A DNA stretch of 34,082 bases, from positions 1 to 34,082 of the IMG/VR virus record IMGVR_UViG_3300046705_000076; one strand, 5' to 3'. The position numbers and the translations under genes are program-made. The DNA comes from a virus (lineage: Duplodnaviria > Caudoviricetes). Within the stretch, counting starts at the first letter, position 1. Every line of letters begins with the position of its first letter. This document shows positions 7,366 to 15,788 of this stretch, in pieces. The notes beneath the pieces were generated by a model. It was not told the DNA's origin. It made no database searches and saw nothing but the letters and a program-made list of their open reading frames with translations.

Positions 7366-8037
7366 CTAGTCGCCCTTCCAGTGCGGGATACGAACGAACC
7401 CTCGGTTCCACCGCTGACGCAACGCAGACGCGTTCGCGCCGATGAACCGGTAGGCATGCCGCGACTTGGCACTGGAACGCCCCGGTACCAGCGACGGGGA
7501 ATGCCGATGGTCCACCAGGCTGGGCCACGGATACCACACCGTGATGCCCTGATCCTGGCACCACTGGCCCATCCTCAAGTCATAATTCGCGACCTCAGGA
7601 TGCTCATCCCCCCACGCCACCAGATCGGGGATCAGCTTCACCGGCATCACGACGCCGACACCCCAGTAGATGGACGGCATCGCCAACCACGACGGGCGCC
7701 GAGCCCCTACATGGCGGCGCACCGCCTGCCGGAACCTTTTGACACGCCCGGTGTACAAGCACAGAGGCGTCGGCGTACCGACCGGCGCCGGGACATGGGC
7801 TAGGGCTCGCTCGACACCTGCGACCAGATCGCGGGGCACGACGCTGTCGTCTTGCAGCACCAAGTGGTGGGTGGCCTTCGGATCGTAGGCGAGCAGCGCC
7901 CGCCTACCGGTATCCCACCGGTCGTTGCGCTGATCCCATACCACCTGGGCGGGCCGATCGAGGGCAGCCAGCAGGCTGGGGATGAACGCCTCGCGTTTGC
8001 GGTGGGCCATGATCGCCACCGACACCTTCGGCCTCAC
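7366..8037 (-). CDS. GT-A fold glycosyltransferase, actinophage type
   Basis: VAIMAH..R, HHLVLQDD, LYTG and WYPWPSLVDHRHSPSL resemble mycobacteriophage-encoded glycosyltransferases. GTGA coupling. Confidence 0.8.
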   Translation of the reverse strand: MRPKVSVAIMAHRKREAFIPSLLAALDRPAQVVWDQRNDRWDTGRRALLAYDPKATHHLVLQDDSVVPRDLVAGVERALAHVPAPVGTPTPLCLYTGRVKRFRQAVRRHVGARRPSWLAMPSIYWGVGVVMPVKLIPDLVAWGDEHPEVANYDLRMGQWCQDQGITVWYPWPSLVDHRHSPSLVPGRSSAKSRHAYRFIGANASALRQRWNRGFVRIPHWKGD

Positions 8038-8774
8038 CGCACCCCCTCCGTGCAATCCCACCGCCCCATCTGTGTAGCGCCCCCCGAGCGGAACCGCTTA
8101 GTCCTGGCGTACCCCCATGGTTCGAGTACGGCGGCGATCGCATCATGCTCGGGCTGACCCCACTCCTCCGCGAAAATGACGGGCCGATCACGGCGGATCG
8201 TCCGCTCGCCACCACGCAACACTTCTGGCTCCATGCCTTCGACGTCGATCTTGATGACAGACACGTCGATCAGGTGGTAGTCGTCAAGCGAGCGCACTTT
8301 GATCGGACCAGAGCCGACGTGCAACCGCCCCTTCCCAGCATGCCCAGCGAGGGCGGAATCGGCGCCCAGAGCGACCGGATGCACGGTGACCCGGTCGCCC
8401 AGGTCGTTGCGCGCGACATTGGCGTGCAGTTGCTCCAGGCAGTGCGGAAGGGGCTCGAATGCCTCTACCCTCAGCCCGCACATGACGGCGAACCACACGC
8501 TGTGGTTACCCAGGTTTGCGCCCGCGTCCACGACCGTGCCCGCGAACCCCTGCTCGCGGATATGCTCCAGCAGCGGTTCCTCGTATGGCTTGCCCGCCCG
8601 CATGCAGGCCGCGATCTTGCCAGGCCACACCCACATCGAGTAGGCGCGGCCGTGCCGCTCAAGCGTCAGGATCTCGCCGGTGGAACGGTGCGCCTCGCGT
8701 TCAGCCGCGCGGCGGCGCACACGCTCACGTCGGGCCTTCCGCTCAGCAGGCGACAACAAGCGCCGGTCAACCAC
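8034..8774 (-). CDS. FkbM-family (Methyltransf_21) methyltransferase
   Basis: VVDAGANLGNHS, EAFEP, IKIDVEGMEPEVLRGG..TIRRDRPVIFAE. GGAGGTGG RBS before GTG 8774. Confidence 0.9.
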   Translation of the reverse strand: MVDRRLLSPAERKARRERVRRRAAEREAHRSTGEILTLERHGRAYSMWVWPGKIAACMRAGKPYEEPLLEHIREQGFAGTVVDAGANLGNHSVWFAVMCGLRVEAFEPLPHCLEQLHANVARNDLGDRVTVHPVALGADSALAGHAGKGRLHVGSGPIKVRSLDDYHLIDVSVIKIDVEGMEPEVLRGGERTIRRDRPVIFAEEWGQPEHDAIAAVLEPWGYARTKRFRSGGATQMGRWDCTEGVR

Positions 8775-9699
8775 TGATCTCCACCTCCACCGTGACCTGA
8801 TCACCATCGGCCACACCCAGACGCTCCCGCAGATTCACCGGAGCCCACCCCTCCAGCGTGCCCTGGTGCTGCTTCTTGGCCGTGGGTATCATCACGTGCC
8901 CGGCGACATCCCCGTACCAGGCCCGCCAGGCGTCATAGGCCCTGCGGTTCCGGCCGATCTTGCGCTCCCACCGCACGTGCGGCTCACCCAGGTCGAGCGC
9001 GTCGACCCGCAGGTTCAACGACCCCGGGTACGGCTCGTAGCCGAGCTGGGCCGACAGCCGGTCATCGGCGTACTTGCGCAGGCTCCGGGCGTTGTTGCCC
9101 GACCCGCTGAACACGATCCCTGTGACCGGAGCCGGGTGTCCCTGGATCTGGAGCATCGGCCGTCGCCAGATCCGTCCGTCCTTCGGCGAGGTACGTTCGA
9201 ACACGCCCAGCTCACGCGCAGCAGCCGCGTGGGTCGCGTCGTGGATCGCACGCAGTTCGCGGCGCGCAGCGGCCCGACGCATCCAGTCCTCGTCCGGGTG
9301 GGGCACCTCAGCGATGATCTGGCAGCGGCGCGCCATCAGATCCGCCAGCGCCGACCGCCAGTCGGCCAGGTGATGCAGCACGCTCAACGCCAGCACAACA
9401 TCGACGTGTGGCAGCCTGCGAAGATCCGCGGCGGCCACCCGCCGGTTGATGACCGTGATCCGCGATGAGGAGATCTCCGGCAGCCGCGGGTTATCGTCGA
9501 TGGCGATCACCCGGCAGTCGAAGTCGGAAGCCGCCCGTACAGCGAAGTAGCCCGTGTAGGCGCCCAGGTCGAGCAGTGTGAACGGCTGCTGGATCGTGGC
9601 GAGCACCTCGCGGATTGCCTCGTAGCGGTCGGCGCACTCGCGCTCGCCCGAAGCCACTGTCTGTCCGTTAACCCACCTGGGCTGGTACGACTTGCTCAA
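8767..9699 (-). CDS. Fusion: WbdD-like class I SAM methyltransferase plus CTP-dependent riboflavin kinase-like (DUF120) domain
   Basis: N-terminal YQ..RECADR..LLDLGAYTGYF..DVVLALSVLHH. C-terminal GIVFSGSG..LGYEPYPGSLNL..APVNLRERLGVADGDQV. TTG start in a TTGA overlap with AGGAGG RBS. Confidence 0.8.
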   Translation of the reverse strand: MSKSYQPRWVNGQTVASGERECADRYEAIREVLATIQQPFTLLDLGAYTGYFAVRAASDFDCRVIAIDDNPRLPEISSSRITVINRRVAAADLRRLPHVDVVLALSVLHHLADWRSALADLMARRCQIIAEVPHPDEDWMRRAAARRELRAIHDATHAAAARELGVFERTSPKDGRIWRRPMLQIQGHPAPVTGIVFSGSGNNARSLRKYADDRLSAQLGYEPYPGSLNLRVDALDLGEPHVRWERKIGRNRRAYDAWRAWYGDVAGHVMIPTAKKQHQGTLEGWAPVNLRERLGVADGDQVTVEVEISG

Positions 9700-10394
9700 T
9701 GCTCCTCCTGTTCGGCTCGGGCTGACGCCCGCAGCACCAGATCGCCTAGCTCATGGTCCAGCAGTTCGGACCCCATCAACACGCAGTGGCCTCCGACCGG
9801 ACCGGACATGTGCTCCAGCACGGGGCGGGTGAGGTGCTCCAGCCCGAGATAGGCGTACCCCCGGTTGTAGGTTCGGGCGAACCCGGCGTACACCAGGCCG
9901 AAATCCAGCCCAGCCCTGGAGCAGTACGCGTGGATGGCCTTCTCCACCGCGACCTGCACCCCGTACTGGGTGAGTTCCCACAGCTTTCCGGCTTCGGTGG
10001 TGGCCGCCAGCTCAGTGGCCTGCACCGGGACGCCCAACTCCTTGAACTGCTGGGCCGCCTGGTCGGCGCGGGCCCCTCCGAAGAACTTCACGAACAGGCG
10101 CAGCGACTCGACCAGGTTGGGATGGCGGCCCCGGACCGGTGAGTGCACCCAACCGTTCGGGTCGCACGTGCCCACCGGGACGGTGGAGTGCACGATGACC
10201 AGCCGCGCCCCGTAGGCGCGCTCGTAATCACGGACGTGGTCGACGAATCCGATCCCGCAGGGGAAGCAGATGTGCAGCACATCGGCAGTGTCCGGGCCTG
10301 TGGGTTCGATGTCGCGCAGGTGGGCATCGCCGAGCACCGCGGCGAGGGCTTCGCCGACCTCGCCAGCGCCGATGATGACGTGTTGGTTCATCAT
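9696..10394 (-). CDS. Minimal UDP-glucose/GDP-mannose dehydrogenase family protein
   Basis: Rossmann IIGAGEVG, STVPVGT, EAGKL (catalytic Lys region), GGHC (catalytic Cys). Lacks the C-terminal domain. Confidence 0.82.
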   Translation of the reverse strand: MMNQHVIIGAGEVGEALAAVLGDAHLRDIEPTGPDTADVLHICFPCGIGFVDHVRDYERAYGARLVIVHSTVPVGTCDPNGWVHSPVRGRHPNLVESLRLFVKFFGGARADQAAQQFKELGVPVQATELAATTEAGKLWELTQYGVQVAVEKAIHAYCSRAGLDFGLVYAGFARTYNRGYAYLGLEHLTRPVLEHMSGPVGGHCVLMGSELLDHELGDLVLRASARAEQEEH

Positions 10395-11716
10395 CCCAAC
10401 CCCTTGCCCTGCTTACGGAGCGTGTTGTTCCACTTGTGATGGCAGTATGCGCCGTCCAGGTCGGGAGTCTGCCCGGTGTCGCGCTCGCTGTTGGACTGCG
10501 GGTAGAACACCTTCGCCTCCAGCGGGACCACCCCGGCCGGGTCGCACCGCCAGACACGGGTGATGTGGTGCGGGCCGATCATCTGCGCCAACGGCTTGCC
10601 TGCGTACCGCTTGACCGCATCGGGGAGTGCGTCGATGCACGCCCGGATCCACGGGTGTCCGGGCACCGACCCCAGCACGGCCTGGGTGAGCAGGCGCCGG
10701 TTGGACCGGTCGCGGTGCGGGGAGTAGGCCACCAGCACCTTCCGGTCCAGCAGGGGATCGAACGCCTTGAGGGGTTCGACGTCGGTGTCCACGTACACGC
10801 CGCCGAACTGGTGCAGCAGTTCCAGGCGCAACAGGTCGGCCTGGAACCGCTTCCAGTCCTTCGGGCAGATTTCGCGCGCGGCATCGAACAGGTCCTGGTT
10901 GATCAGCGGCGGCAGGTCGGCGGTGGACCGCCACTCGCGGATCTCCCAGTCGGGGTGCAACTCGCGCCACCGCTGCCCGTACTGCTCGAACTCGGCGGGC
11001 ATCGGGTCGTCCAACCAGATCCGGTGCAGGATCCGCGGAACCCCGGAAGTCTCGTCTTCCGTGTCTGCCTGCTGGGCCACGACCGGGATTGGCTCACCGG
11101 TCGTGTTCACCACCGTCTGCGGACCAGGGGGGAGGACGTAGGTGCTCTTCTGTGCGACCAGCAGTCCGCGCGTCCGGCGCACCTGGCCCTTGTACACCCA
11201 CGGGATGATCTGATCATCCCAGTCGGACCCCAGTACCTGCCGCACCGTGTCGGCCACACCAGGGTCCGCGGCCTCGTGCACCACTACGACCGCCCCGTCG
11301 GCCAGATGCGGCAACCACGCGGACAGGTCGGAGGTGACATCACCGTGGCCGCTGTGCCGCAACAACCCCACCGGTGGCCCGCTCCATGAGGCGGCGGCCT
11401 TGGCCGGGGTGGTGTAGGCGATGGTGTGCTCAGCGGAGGTGGCCCCGACCCTGGCCATGTACGCGCCGAGCCGCTGCCGGTCATCGTCGGATTCGACCCG
11501 CGCGACCGTGGTGACGTGCGCCCTGTAGCCTTCACCAGCACCGAGCAGCAGCCACCCGGTGGCCCTGCCGGTGCAGGTGCCCAGATCCACGACCGCCTGA
11601 TCGGCGGGCACTTGGGCGGCCAAGGCACGCAGGCGTCGGCACGCCGACAACTCCACCCGGCCCGAGTGGCGGTAAGACTTGCGCCACTCGGTGACGACAG
11701 CAGCATCGATGGTCAT
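10391..11716 (-). CDS. Fusion: degenerate Methyltransf_24-like domain plus DXD glycosyltransferase (GT32/OCH1-like)
   Basis: N-terminal VVDLGTCTGRAT..DLSAWLPHLADGAVVVVHE. C-terminal PRILHRIW, ADLLRLELLHQFGGVYVDTDVEPLK, IGP, HHKW. Confidence 0.85.
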   Translation of the reverse strand: MTIDAAVVTEWRKSYRHSGRVELSACRRLRALAAQVPADQAVVDLGTCTGRATGWLLLGAGEGYRAHVTTVARVESDDDRQRLGAYMARVGATSAEHTIAYTTPAKAAASWSGPPVGLLRHSGHGDVTSDLSAWLPHLADGAVVVVHEAADPGVADTVRQVLGSDWDDQIIPWVYKGQVRRTRGLLVAQKSTYVLPPGPQTVVNTTGEPIPVVAQQADTEDETSGVPRILHRIWLDDPMPAEFEQYGQRWRELHPDWEIREWRSTADLPPLINQDLFDAAREICPKDWKRFQADLLRLELLHQFGGVYVDTDVEPLKAFDPLLDRKVLVAYSPHRDRSNRRLLTQAVLGSVPGHPWIRACIDALPDAVKRYAGKPLAQMIGPHHITRVWRCDPAGVVPLEAKVFYPQSNSERDTGQTPDLDGAYCHHKWNNTLRKQGKGLG

Positions 11717-11985
11717 GACTCCCCCTCAGGTGCGGGCTCAACATCCGGCCACGGATCACCCTGGACCGTGCCGTGGTAGGTGCGGATCAGGCTTGGTGAG
11801 GCGTCCGGGAACTCCCCGGCCAGGAATGCGACCATCGCATCCGCCGCCGCCTCGAACGCCGCGTGCCGGTAGTTCGGGTTCGGACCCGTCAATTCACCGA
11901 CGAACCGGATGATCAGCTCCGGGTTATCGCCCTCGTATCCGACGTAGTACTCCACGCTCTTAGCGCCCTCAGGAGCAGACATCAC
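11713..11985 (-). CDS. Hypothetical protein (possible tail-fibre partner)
   Basis: Overlap-coupled on both sides; acidic; follows the small tail gene. Confidence 0.65.
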   Translation of the reverse strand: MMSAPEGAKSVEYYVGYEGDNPELIIRFVGELTGPNPNYRHAAFEAAADAMVAFLAGEFPDASPSLIRTYHGTVQGDPWPDVEPAPEGES

Positions 11986-12524
11986 AGGATCCTCTCGAAG
12001 AAGGAGCGGGTCTGGTTGCCGCCCCGCAGGATGGTGTCGGTCGCGCTGGCAGAGCGCTGGGCCACCTGCAAGATGACGTTGCCGGACACTCCCCCGACCG
12101 CGATGGTGCCCCGGTCGTAGGCACTATGGAAGTTCGAGGGCGGGTCGGTGCCGTCACTGCCGCCAGCAGGGATGCGGGTGGTGTTGGCGGGGCGGCGCTG
12201 GATGATCAGGGCTCCGCTGTTGGCCCCGGTGCTGGCGGGGTCCTCGATGTAGGACTGGCTGAACCGGGCCAACGCGGTGCCGGTGGGCGCCGACCAAGCG
12301 AAATCCAGGGCCGATCCCCCGTCGGTCGGACGAACCGCCGAATACGAGATCAGACACTGGTACCAGTAGGTCGCCCCAGCCTCGACCGGGATCACGATCT
12401 CGGTGTCGACCAGCGTCGTCGAGTTGTTGATGGTCTGGTCGGCGGTTTGCACGACCAGCCGTTTACGCGGCAGGTTGAGCACGTCGGTGGTCAGTAGCTG
12501 ACCGGCGAACACTTCAATGGACAC
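11982..12524 (-). CDS. Minor tail / receptor-binding-like protein
   Basis: FAGQLLTTDVLN N-terminal anchor motif and beta-rich body typical of actinophage tail-fibre genes. AAGGAGG RBS. Confidence 0.72.
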   Translation of the reverse strand: MSIEVFAGQLLTTDVLNLPRKRLVVQTADQTINNSTTLVDTEIVIPVEAGATYWYQCLISYSAVRPTDGGSALDFAWSAPTGTALARFSQSYIEDPASTGANSGALIIQRRPANTTRIPAGGSDGTDPPSNFHSAYDRGTIAVGGVSGNVILQVAQRSASATDTILRGGNQTRSFFERIL

Positions 12525-12539
12525 GCGTCCTCCTTCTTC

Positions 12540-15500
12540 TCACAGTCCCGGGGTGGCCGGGCGGGTCAGGGCGATCTCGGTTCCCGCCTCGTGCGGTTTG
12601 ACGATGCCGTTGATGGACCGCTGGACCTGCATCCGCTGGGGTGTGGTCATGGCCTCCATCCGGTACCGCAACTCCGGGTTCACGTTGGTGTTGGTAGCGA
12701 ACGCGGAGGCGGTGAACCCGACCTGACCAGAGTCGATCGTGTCCGCGGTGACGGTGCGGTCGATCATCCAGTGGGCGGGCTCCAGCAGGGCAGCCCCGGT
12801 GATGTCGGCGGATGCGCGCCCGACTGGCCATGCCCGCATCAGCACCCGGTGGCCGATCAGCCGCACCCGCACCATCAGCCGGTCGGCCAAGTCGGCGGAC
12901 GCCGAGTACGCGATGTTCGGGAACGGGGTCTCTGTGGCCCCGATCTGGGTGACTCCCCGGGTGACGCTCAGGCTGATGGTGCTGTCGGTGTTCAAGTGGA
13001 CTCGGGCTCGGTAGAAATCAGCGGCATCCGACCGGCGCAACAGCAGGCTGGGCAGCAGCGAAGCCCCGGTGGCGACCTGGTCGGTACGGATCGACCACAA
13101 GATCTCGCAATCGGCCACGTCTCCGAAGTCCAGCCGCTGCTCGCGGATCGTCCCCGGGCTGGCGTTCAACTGCACGAACCCGTACTGGTCGGCCTCCGAG
13201 GTGCCGATGGTGGTGTCAGCCGCAGTGGTGTCGATCCAGTCCACACCCGAGTCCGAGGTCCCCCATGTGTCCGTCTCGTCCGGGCGGCGGAACAGGTCCC
13301 ACGCCCCGTCCTCGGCTCCGACCACCCGCACGGTCTCACCGGCCATTTTGACGTCGAACGGGAACTGGTGCGCGTGCGTGATCCCCGGCCCCGAACTGTT
13401 GATCCAGCGCGCGATCGGACCCGTGTCCAGGTCGGTGTCGACCCGCAGCGTGGTGTCACTGTCGGTGACGGTTCGGGCCAGATGGGAGCCCCGGGTGCTG
13501 GCACGGTTGGGCCGGTCGGTACCCGGATCGAACCCGTCAGTGAAGATGACTTCATCGATCCACAGCAGCTCAGTGTCCGGGATGGGGGCGGTGTCGCGCT
13601 GGTTGATGCTGACCTGCATGCGGAACGCACCCTCGGGCGCCACCACCGACCCCACCAGCTGGGTCCACACCCCGGCGGGCACGAACGTCGCAGGCACCGC
13701 GAACGGGAACGAGATCTGGTTGTTGGCCTGGTCGCGCCACAGGACCGACACGTCCACGTTGTGGCCGTTGGCTGTGCGCACCCAACACCGCACGGTGTAC
13801 TGGACTCCAGCGAACACCCGGGGCGAATCAGTTGTGGTGGTCAAGGTGCGCGCCAGGTCATCGACACCGGTCGGGGTCTGCCGGGCCGACCCCTGGCCAC
13901 GGAATGACACCTCCAGGTCATGGTCCAGAGTCGATTGGAACGCGAACCAGCCCTGGGTTCCCGTCTCGAAGTCGTGGTTGTGCAACAGCGACACGGGCGG
14001 AACAGCCTGGGCGACCTCCCACGCGCTGGCCGGGGAGGCGTTGTACTCCACCCGCCAATCGTGCGTGGTGATGGACTCCTTATAGCCCTCGACCACCGCC
14101 GCGATGGGTTCGGGCGGCAGCCACGCGGGCGGGTTGTCGATGGTGATGGCGTCCCCGCCGTCCAACGCGGCCACGTCGCGGCGCAGATCCTGCATGCGCG
14201 GGTTGGTCAGGATCTGGCTGATGTTGGGGTAGCGGGCCTCATCCACGGTGCCCTGATGGAGCAGCCACCCCGCCTGGTCGCCCAGCTCATCATCGGCGCG
14301 GACGTTGACCGTGGTCGAGTCGGTGTACCGGCCCACCGTGTCCACGCCCAGCGGACCGTCGTCGTCCTGCACACGGGTGTCGCCGCCGTCACGGCGCTGG
14401 GCGGTGATGTCGTTGGCCAACAGTTGGTCGTCGTCGGTGGGCTCCAGCGGCTCGAACGTCTGGCCTTGGGCGTAGTCCAGCGCGACAACGTGCGGTTCCA
14501 CGTGCGCGTACCCGGTGTAGGTACGCCACACCTGGTCGTTGACGTACCCGGTGCCGTGCAGGGCGATCGTGTGCCCGCTGTCCTCAACCCGCAGCGTGCC
14601 ATACCGCTGCCGCCCCGGGGACTGGCCGCGGTCGTACTGCAACTCCGGGCTAGCCGAGAACGACGAGTCCATCGACGCGAACATGAACACCGGGAAGTGA
14701 CCCCACGGGTTGGCCGGGCCGGAACTGATCGACAACGCGTGCTTGTCAGCGTTGAGCATGATCATGCGCTGAAGCCACCCGTGATCACCCAGCATCTGCA
14801 TGAGCTCTTCACGCTCAGTACGGAACCGGCCCCACGCGTCCGCCGAGTCATCACCCCCCGCCTGATCCGAAAGCCAGATCGATGGAGAGATCAGCACTAG
14901 CGCCTCGGACATCGAGTTGCGCAGGACCTGCTCCATCCACCTTTTCTGCTCCGAGCCGAGCATGGTCTTGGTGCGGTCAGTGTCCAAGTCGTCGTTGGGG
15001 TCCCGGTCCCACCTGGAATCCAGGGCGATGAACTGCACCCGACCGATCTGCCACGCCTGGAAGATCGGGGCGTTGGTCGCGCTCAGCCCCTCGGCAGGCA
15101 GCGGGTAGTGCGGCACCGACTCCCGGTACACCTGGGAAGCAGCCGGACGGCTCACGGACGTGCTATCGGAATTGTTGTCCGAAAAGTCGTGATCGTCCCA
15201 CACATACGCCATGTTGACGTTGCGGAAGAAACTTCCCTGGCGGGCATTGACGCCGAGCCCGTTGAACGTCAGATTGTCGTCGTAAGCGTCCCGGTACAAC
15301 TGCGGGTCATTGGTGGTGATGTTCCGGTAATGCATATCGCCAAGGTGGGCCACGAGCAGCCAATCCTCGGCTAATGCTCGCTCGCGCATGGTGTCGAACA
15401 CGGGATTGTTGGACACTTGGTCGGTGATGAACGAATCATCGCCAGCACCCACTAGTCCTGCGTCCCCAGCGGCGCCGATAATGAAGCTCTGCGGGGTGCC

Positions 15501-15788
15501 GTCCTGGGGTGGGGCGGTCAGGAACTGCCCTTGTCCGATGGTGAGCTGGGGGGTGCCGTCGATTACCCACTGGTAGAAGTACCGGGTGGACGGGTCCAGC
15601 CCGGCCACTTCGATGCTGGCCATATCAACGCCGTCGACGGCTACCGGCCCGAACGTCACCGGGTTGGTGATGTCTGGGTCGGTGTCGACCCGAAGCTCAG
15701 CCTCGACGTCGCCCGGTTCCACCCTGGCGCGCACCCACACCTCGAACGGTGTCACCGCCCCGTGCAACGTCCAAATGACAGCCATCAC
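12540..15788 (-). CDS. Minor tail protein with N-terminal PhoD-like metallophosphodiesterase and internal CBM4/9-like domain
   Basis: HLGDMHY, WDDHDFSDNN, LDSRWDRDP, MLGSEQKRW and ADKH (PhoD); EPTDDDQ..ND..GWLLHQGTVDEARYP tail domain; NHDFETGTQGW..WIDEV carbohydrate-binding module; QRSINGIVKPHEAG end. Confidence 0.85.
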   Translation of the reverse strand: MMAVIWTLHGAVTPFEVWVRARVEPGDVEAELRVDTDPDITNPVTFGPVAVDGVDMASIEVAGLDPSTRYFYQWVIDGTPQLTIGQGQFLTAPPQDGTPQSFIIGAAGDAGLVGAGDDSFITDQVSNNPVFDTMRERALAEDWLLVAHLGDMHYRNITTNDPQLYRDAYDDNLTFNGLGVNARQGSFFRNVNMAYVWDDHDFSDNNSDSTSVSRPAASQVYRESVPHYPLPAEGLSATNAPIFQAWQIGRVQFIALDSRWDRDPNDDLDTDRTKTMLGSEQKRWMEQVLRNSMSEALVLISPSIWLSDQAGGDDSADAWGRFRTEREELMQMLGDHGWLQRMIMLNADKHALSISSGPANPWGHFPVFMFASMDSSFSASPELQYDRGQSPGRQRYGTLRVEDSGHTIALHGTGYVNDQVWRTYTGYAHVEPHVVALDYAQGQTFEPLEPTDDDQLLANDITAQRRDGGDTRVQDDDGPLGVDTVGRYTDSTTVNVRADDELGDQAGWLLHQGTVDEARYPNISQILTNPRMQDLRRDVAALDGGDAITIDNPPAWLPPEPIAAVVEGYKESITTHDWRVEYNASPASAWEVAQAVPPVSLLHNHDFETGTQGWFAFQSTLDHDLEVSFRGQGSARQTPTGVDDLARTLTTTTDSPRVFAGVQYTVRCWVRTANGHNVDVSVLWRDQANNQISFPFAVPATFVPAGVWTQLVGSVVAPEGAFRMQVSINQRDTAPIPDTELLWIDEVIFTDGFDPGTDRPNRASTRGSHLARTVTDSDTTLRVDTDLDTGPIARWINSSGPGITHAHQFPFDVKMAGETVRVVGAEDGAWDLFRRPDETDTWGTSDSGVDWIDTTAADTTIGTSEADQYGFVQLNASPGTIREQRLDFGDVADCEILWSIRTDQVATGASLLPSLLLRRSDAADFYRARVHLNTDSTISLSVTRGVTQIGATETPFPNIAYSASADLADRLMVRVRLIGHRVLMRAWPVGRASADITGAALLEPAHWMIDRTVTADTIDSGQVGFTASAFATNTNVNPELRYRMEAMTTPQRMQVQRSINGIVKPHEAGTEIALTRPATPGL

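Noticed and set aside
8770-9130. Riboflavin kinase as an auxiliary flavin-metabolism gene
   Set aside because: It is fused to a glycan-type methyltransferase within a glycosyltransferase operon and no other flavin genes are present. Not excluded, but context argues against it.
8034-11716. Methyltransferases as DNA methyltransferases or a DNA hypermodification system
   Set aside because: No DPPY/NPPY or PCQ motifs and no base-hydroxymethylase genes in the window. The families are sugar or small-molecule O-methyltransferases in a late operon.
14490-15788. PhoD as a phosphate-scavenging auxiliary metabolic gene
   Set aside because: No secretion signal, and it is fused in frame to a structural tail protein.
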